Below, in pieces: positions 58,859 to 64,000 of a DNA stretch of 64,000 bases (its first letter is position 1; every line of letters starts with the position of its first letter). This stretch comes from Candidatus Dojkabacteria bacterium (GTDB lineage: Bacteria; Patescibacteriota; Dojkabacteria; SC72; T1SED10-24), in contig PWFU01000029.1 of NCBI GenBank assembly GCA_003554185.1, forward strand, positions 298 through 64,297, read 5' to 3'. Position numbers and translations under genes: made by a program. Under the pieces are notes generated by a model that worked only from the letters and a program-made list of their open reading frames with translations, made no database searches and was not told the origin of the DNA.

Positions 58859-60709
58859 ATGAGATCCAATTTTAAGAAATATATTAAAAAAACTTTCTTG
58901 GTATTAATTATCTCAATCTCTTTTTTTTCTTTTGGGAGCTATAGTGCATACGCTGAGGATTTTAATATAAGTTCAAACTTTGATATCTACCTAGAAGAGA
59001 TACGAGACAACACTGTAAGAGTTGAGAAAGAACTAAACATAAGCACAAATAATCCCGACTATTATATACCCGCAAATACAAAACAAACTATCACTATACC
59101 CGCTATAGCTAGCGAAGCTACAAGAGACGCAATAGAGTTGAAAAAAAACACTCTAAATATACAAGATAATCAAGGTAGAAATTTAAATCACGATGTCACA
59201 CAGTCTAACAATACTCTTGTTGTCAGCATTACCCTACCACATGATATATCACAACAAAAATCTTTTTCTGCGAATATTAGTTACAAATCAAAAGATTTTA
59301 TAAATCAAAATGGAAACATCTCAAATCTATATCTACCCGGACTACACGAAGAAACAAGATTTGAAGAAATTGACACATCAACTGGACTAAAAACCTCGTA
59401 CCAATATAATATGACATACCATGTACCCCTCGATGCACCACAACCATCCTTTATTTCACCAGAAAGTATTTATTCTACACAAGGACAAAAATATAGAAAA
59501 TATCATTTCTCTCAAGAGCAAAGATTAAATAATACAGGATGGATTCAACTAGGAACTGAACAATACTATTATTTTGAAATTAATCAAGAAATCCCTCAGA
59601 GAAATACATCTAAATATCTTGATGGAGTTACGAATTTTTTCTCAACCAATTTACTTGAAATGACTCTACCAAAAGAATTCCAAGAAACCAATCAACAGGT
59701 TTTTATAAAATCCATAGACCCTAAACCAACATATATTAGGCTAGATAATGAAGAAAACATTATATCTGTTTTCGATATGGATAAAATAGACAAAAAAAAT
59801 ATTAAAATACGGGGATACATCAAATTATCTAGTCAAGAAGTACAGGATTTACCTGAAATTGACTTCGATAATTATTTTTCTCAAGTTGAAAATTTCGAGC
59901 ATTTCGAAAGATATACACAAGCAGACAAATATTGGGAAAGCAACGACCCTGAAATCACAGAATTAGCTAAAAGAATAAAAAATGAGAATAAAGACGGTGG
60001 CATACTGAATATTATCAATGAAGTTTATTACTTTGTTATCGAAAATTTAAGTTATAGTCATGAAAAAGCAGCACAAGAAAATCCAAGATTAGGAGCCTTA
60101 AGTGCACTTAGAGGAAAACCTTCAGTATGTATGGAATATGCAGATCTAATGATAGCAATTTTAAGAGCTCAAAATATACCAGCTCGAGCAGCAATGGGTT
60201 ACGGAAACGACCCTCATTTAAATCAACAAGAAAACAATCTTGCGGCAGAAACGGGGCATCAATGGGTACAAATCTGGCTCCCAAATTATGGTTGGCTATC
60301 AGCAGATCCTACTTGGGGAGAAACTGACCGAAAATATATAGGTGGAGATTTAGACCATGTCTTATGGTATACAGAAGGAAATACAAAAGAAAAGATTTCC
60401 AAGATAATGATCTATTCTTCTCGGGAAATAAATCAACAAATTTTCGATCTGTATAATATAACTGTCATACCAAAACATCATTCAGATGTTCCAGAATTAC
60501 AAAACCTCAAAACCATACAAACTCTCGTAGATAATTACGAAAAAGAGGAAGAAGAAATATTAAGCAAAGATCAGAGCCTACAAGAAACAATACAAGATTC
60601 CACAGCTGGAAGGGCTCTTGTTTTTGCACTGCCGGCAATAATTATATTAATTGCTTCAATAGTTGTGGTAATAGTTATTTCAAAAATAATTAAATCTAAG
60701 CGTACTTAA
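58859..60709 (+). CDS. Secreted transglutaminase-like cysteine protease-fold protein with a C-terminal TM anchor
   Basis: Signal peptide ...FSFGSYSAYA|ED. Core CMEYADLMIAILRAQNIPAR...GHQWVQIW...SADPT (Cys-His-Asp). C-terminal ALPAIIILIASIVVVIVISKIIKSKRT. The ATG at 58859 is preferred over the GTG at 58823. Confidence 0.8.
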   Translation: MRSNFKKYIKKTFLVLIISISFFSFGSYSAYAEDFNISSNFDIYLEEIRDNTVRVEKELNISTNNPDYYIPANTKQTITIPAIASEATRDAIELKKNTLNIQDNQGRNLNHDVTQSNNTLVVSITLPHDISQQKSFSANISYKSKDFINQNGNISNLYLPGLHEETRFEEIDTSTGLKTSYQYNMTYHVPLDAPQPSFISPESIYSTQGQKYRKYHFSQEQRLNNTGWIQLGTEQYYYFEINQEIPQRNTSKYLDGVTNFFSTNLLEMTLPKEFQETNQQVFIKSIDPKPTYIRLDNEENIISVFDMDKIDKKNIKIRGYIKLSSQEVQDLPEIDFDNYFSQVENFEHFERYTQADKYWESNDPEITELAKRIKNENKDGGILNIINEVYYFVIENLSYSHEKAAQENPRLGALSALRGKPSVCMEYADLMIAILRAQNIPARAAMGYGNDPHLNQQENNLAAETGHQWVQIWLPNYGWLSADPTWGETDRKYIGGDLDHVLWYTEGNTKEKISKIMIYSSREINQQIFDLYNITVIPKHHSDVPELQNLKTIQTLVDNYEKEEEEILSKDQSLQETIQDSTAGRALVFALPAIIILIASIVVVIVISKIIKSKRT

Positions 60710-62207
60710 AAAGTTCTTCTTCATTATATAAATCTCTAGCAGCCCTCATCCTTTCATTATTGATTGTATAGAATGACAATAACACATCGCCTTTTTTAAC
60801 CTTATCTCCAACAAATTTGTTGAAATATAATCCAGCTTCCTTAATACTGGGAGTACCTAGTGCCCTAGCCAAATTAACAACCTCTTTATTATTAATCCTT
60901 TCAATCTTACCTGATTTAGTAGCGACTACGTCATAAGTTTCTTTACCCAATCTTAAATCATCAGAAGAAACCTTTTCTACAGCCCCCTGAGCAAAAGCGA
61001 TTTCCCAAAATTTTTCTGCAACCTTCCCACTTTCCATACTTTCTTTAGCCATCTCTTCACCAAAACCCTCTTTTTCTTTTTCAGTAAATTCCAATAATTT
61101 ACCAGCCATTTTTATTACCTCTTGCTCTAATTCAGTAGATTTATATTCATGATCCTCCAAAACTCTCAAAACATCTCGCATCTCCAAATTTGGACCTATC
61201 CCTCTTCCGTCAGGCCCTTTTACTCTCCTCTTATATATTTCACAATTAATTCCAACTTTATCAAAAAACTTTATAAAAGAATCACTTACTAATTCTATGT
61301 CTTCTGGCTCTTCAATTTTTGTATCAGGACCATAAGGTAAATCTATAATAATATGAGAGATACCCATTGCCAATTTTTTAGCAATAATGCTGATTATAAA
61401 CTTCTGATAACATTGGGTCTTTAACCCCTTCTCCACCTGAATCAATATATCATCTGCTGGAGCTATATTAAGATCTCCTCCCCAAATCATACAACTACCC
61501 TGCTTTTTAATTAAATTATAAATCTCCTCACTGTGAAAACTCACCGGCATTACAGTCTCGAGTATATCTGTTGTCCCCGCAGGAGCAGTAATCGCTCTAG
61601 TAGATGTATTAGGTACCACAAGCCCAAAATTCGCAAGAATTGCAACAAGAATTGGAGTAACCCCTTTACCTGCTATACCACCAATAGAGTGTTTATCCAC
61701 AACCATATTTTTATTATTATATATATCACTAAAATCAAATATTTCTCCGCTATTAACCATACCCTTGATAGCATACAAAACTTCATCATCATTAAAGCCT
61801 GGATTAAACATCGTAGCCATAAAATATGCCATCTCTACAGATCTCATTTTCTTCTTGCTCACATCCTTTAATACCTCAAACATTTCATCTTCGGTGAGTC
61901 TCTGCCCTTGTAATTTTTTGGCAATATAATCTACTGATTCAGGTGTACTTACTCTCTCTAACCTTACTCTACTATCCGATGCAAAATCATTACCAAGCCA
62001 GACATCAGAATATAGTCCAACAAACCCTTCTTCAACTTCCACATCAGTCAAATTAACAACACAAATGTGTTCATGCTCATAACCACTCAACCAAACCTTG
62101 TCCCCTGCCTCTAAGCCATCCATCTTTGCATCAGAACTATTTATCAAAACGGTCAAAGGATCACCAGCTTTGATATCTAACTTTTTTATCCTTAAGTTTA
62201 AAGCCAT
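60696..62207 (-). CDS. AMP phosphorylase (archaeal DeoA-type thymidine phosphorylase family member with an N-terminal extra domain)
   Basis: 503 aa. N-terminal LRIKKLDIKAGDPLTVLINSSDAKMDGLEAGDKV domain as in archaeal AMPpase, HSIGGIAGKG glycosyltransferase family 3 core, C-terminal PYNP_C-like domain. Confidence 0.8.
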   Translation of the reverse strand: MALNLRIKKLDIKAGDPLTVLINSSDAKMDGLEAGDKVWLSGYEHEHICVVNLTDVEVEEGFVGLYSDVWLGNDFASDSRVRLERVSTPESVDYIAKKLQGQRLTEDEMFEVLKDVSKKKMRSVEMAYFMATMFNPGFNDDEVLYAIKGMVNSGEIFDFSDIYNNKNMVVDKHSIGGIAGKGVTPILVAILANFGLVVPNTSTRAITAPAGTTDILETVMPVSFHSEEIYNLIKKQGSCMIWGGDLNIAPADDILIQVEKGLKTQCYQKFIISIIAKKLAMGISHIIIDLPYGPDTKIEEPEDIELVSDSFIKFFDKVGINCEIYKRRVKGPDGRGIGPNLEMRDVLRVLEDHEYKSTELEQEVIKMAGKLLEFTEKEKEGFGEEMAKESMESGKVAEKFWEIAFAQGAVEKVSSDDLRLGKETYDVVATKSGKIERINNKEVVNLARALGTPSIKEAGLYFNKFVGDKVKKGDVLLSFYTINNERMRAARDLYNEEELFKYA

Positions 62208-62225
62208 ATTTTTAAATTTATAAAT

Positions 62226-63203
62226 TTAGAACAACCACTGATAATTTTCTTGAATAGTAGAGCTTATATCCTCAGGTTTTACAACACCAACTTCAGTTAT
62301 ATACCCTGTAATAAATTCTCTGTTTATGATTTCAAAAGATGGATTAATCATTTTTAAACCCTTAGGAGCATCCTTCCAAATCTCGCTATTATCCCTATAT
62401 TCAATTTTAACAGGTCTATATGCTGTCTCTATTTCAGTCTTTAAAATTGAAGTAACAACGTACACCGGTTTACTAACAAAATATGAAGCCAAAGCTATAC
62501 CCCAACTCCCTATTTTATTCACCGCATCTCCACGCATAGTTATCTCATCTGAACCCAAAAATACGATATCTATTGGACGAGTACATGTATCCTGGTCACA
62601 ATTGTCTATAATAAAAGATTCAGCAGCACTATCCACTATAAACGTCGTATTAATCCCCTTCTCTACCAGTTCTTTTGCTGTTTCCCTCCCTTGATACAAA
62701 GGACGTGTTTCTGTACAAGTAACTCTTAAGTCGCTCACTTTTTTAGCACGTTTTGATATAGTATTAACTGCTGTAGAAGAATGACAGTGAGTAAATACTT
62801 CATACACATCATCAAAAACTTCATCGCTATTCTCAACTATTTGTTTTTTAGCTTCTTTAATTTGTTCCAAAAACTCATCACACAATTCATCAACTTTTTT
62901 CTTAGCAACTGATACATCCTTAAGACCAGGATTTCTAATCGTTAACATTCTGGTTACAAACTTTAAACCATTTTTTGCTAAGGGTTCATTATCCCTAGCA
63001 TGAGCAAGAGTATATCCTACTCTACTCAATTCTTCATAAACCTCTTCATAATTCTTACCCTTTTCTTCATAATTTTTCAAAAAGAGCTTCATACCCTCAA
63101 AAGTTGCTATTGCAACATTAGTAGCCCCCTGAATTTTAATATCCTCAATATCACTCACTATATCCCCTACATTCTCATATTTGGAAAAGTCTACTTCTGA
63201 CAT
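62226..63203 (-). CDS. Ribose-1,5-bisphosphate isomerase (eIF-2B alpha/beta/delta-like e2b2 family)
   Basis: 325 aa. IKIQGATNVAIA region, TETRPLYQGR, VFLGSDEITMRGDAVNKIGS. Confidence 0.8.
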   Translation of the reverse strand: MSEVDFSKYENVGDIVSDIEDIKIQGATNVAIATFEGMKLFLKNYEEKGKNYEEVYEELSRVGYTLAHARDNEPLAKNGLKFVTRMLTIRNPGLKDVSVAKKKVDELCDEFLEQIKEAKKQIVENSDEVFDDVYEVFTHCHSSTAVNTISKRAKKVSDLRVTCTETRPLYQGRETAKELVEKGINTTFIVDSAAESFIIDNCDQDTCTRPIDIVFLGSDEITMRGDAVNKIGSWGIALASYFVSKPVYVVTSILKTEIETAYRPVKIEYRDNSEIWKDAPKGLKMINPSFEIINREFITGYITEVGVVKPEDISSTIQENYQWLF

Positions 63204-63224
63204 ACAATTATATTAACAGCTTAT

Positions 63225-64000
63225 TTACTCTAGAGTATATACCTCTCGATGATGTGGTACAATAGTATTCAGACCTAATTCCACATGCATATTCTCAGCA
63301 AAAGCCTCTGCAATATCTTCATCACCATGACATACAAAAACTTTTCTTACACTTTTTCCAAAATTTCTCAACCAATACCGCAAATCTCTTTCATCCCCAT
63401 GAGCAGAGAAACCACCTAGAGTGTGTATTTTAGCTTTAGGCTCATATTCTTCTCCCATAATTTTAACAATCGGCTCTTTATCTACTAGCTGACGCCCAAG
63501 GGTCCCTCTTACCTGATAACCAACGAATACCACATGGTTATTCGAATCTTCAACATTATTTACTAAGTGATGTAACACTCTTCCCCCAGTACACATACCA
63601 CTACCTGCAAGAATTATACAACCCTTTTGACTTATTAATCTCTTAGAATCATCCACATTTTGAGTAATATTAAACTCGTTAAATTTAAAAGGGCCATTAC
63701 CTTTAGCTAACAACCTTTTTGCATCTTCATCATAAAAGCCTTTAAATTTTCTAAAAACCTTTGTAACCTCACTAGCCATAGGACTATCCAAAAAAACAGG
63801 GAAGTCTTTCATCAAACCATTTTCATAAAACAAATTTAACTCGTAAATAATCTCTTGCGCCCTCTCTATTGCAAACACAGGAATAATTACATTACCGCTG
63901 TTTTCTCTAGCTTCTTTTAAAATTGAAAGAAATTCAAGAACAGTCTCATCTTTGTTTCTATGCAATCTATTACCATACGTGGATTCTATACATATATAAT
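63225..64000 (-). CDS. Beta-CASP/MBL-fold RNA-metabolising nuclease (CPSF73/RNase J-like); C-terminal part, 5' end beyond the window
   Basis: The frame stays open upstream of the track start to the window edge (..YICIESTYGNRLHRNKDE), containing the ESTYG motif. C-terminal HTLGGFSAHGDERDL and VCHGDED motifs. Confidence 0.8.
   Translation of the reverse strand, partial: YICIESTYGNRLHRNKDETVLEFLSILKEARENSGNVIIPVFAIERAQEIIYELNLFYENGLMKDFPVFLDSPMASEVTKVFRKFKGFYDEDAKRLLAKGNGPFKFNEFNITQNVDDSKRLISQKGCIILAGSGMCTGGRVLHHLVNNVEDSNNHVVFVGYQVRGTLGRQLVDKEPIVKIMGEEYEPKAKIHTLGGFSAHGDERDLRYWLRNFGKSVRKVFVCHGDEDIAEAFAENMHVELGLNTIVPHHREVYTLE

Overview
AT-rich (about one-third G+C by eye), very compact bacterial chromosome segment read under the standard code. 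Long same-strand gene strings have 4-14 nt overlaps, and most genes have no visible Shine-Dalgarno sequence. The gene content points to a Patescibacteria/CPR-type organism; that placement is inference, not a database result. The content supporting it is a secretin-less type IV pilus locus, two sortases, archaeal-type AMP phosphorylase plus ribose-1,5-bisphosphate isomerase, and many proteins with extensions or insertions.

Layout:
- 1-13.3 kb (minus): type IV pilus locus, pilB-pilT-pilC-major pilin-pilD-4 minor pilins-orphan receiver. It ends in a >1290-codon ORF that is missing from the supplied ORF track because it runs off the left edge. I checked every in-frame codon by hand.
- 13.4-20.3 kb (plus): holB, then gyrB-DUF4013-like membrane protein-gyrA-sortase.
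- 20.3-21.6 kb: small membrane protein behind a perfect consensus promoter, then a G+C-rich islet with the window's one clear SD (among the ~20 starts inspected) and a 96-bp inverted-repeat element.
- 21.6-26.1 kb: envelope/glycan genes.
- 26.2-30.7 kb: three highly charged proteins of unknown function, one with 87-bp tandem repeats.
- 30.7-32.5 kb: tyrosine recombinase plus a 540-bp noncoding region with repeats.
- 32.5-44 kb (minus): ruvBAC, yebC, a TM-anchored VirD4/TraD-like ATPase, an LCP/LytR_C gene split at an (AT)8 tract, rluD, lspA, an lgt-like gene, tRNA-Leu(CAA).
- 44-64 kb: dnaB, rpmE-prfA-prmC, htrA, ctpA, two coupled unknown proteins, rpsF-ssb-rpsR, a hydrolase/deacetylase pair, ychF, a transglutaminase-like protein, AMP phosphorylase, R15P isomerase, and a partial beta-CASP RNase.

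I found no rRNA, CRISPR array, transposase or recognisable defence system. The best candidates for something undescribed are the giant Cys-rich foldase-fused protein attached to the pilus operon, the charged-protein trio at 26-31 kb, and the membrane ATPase module at 36-41 kb.
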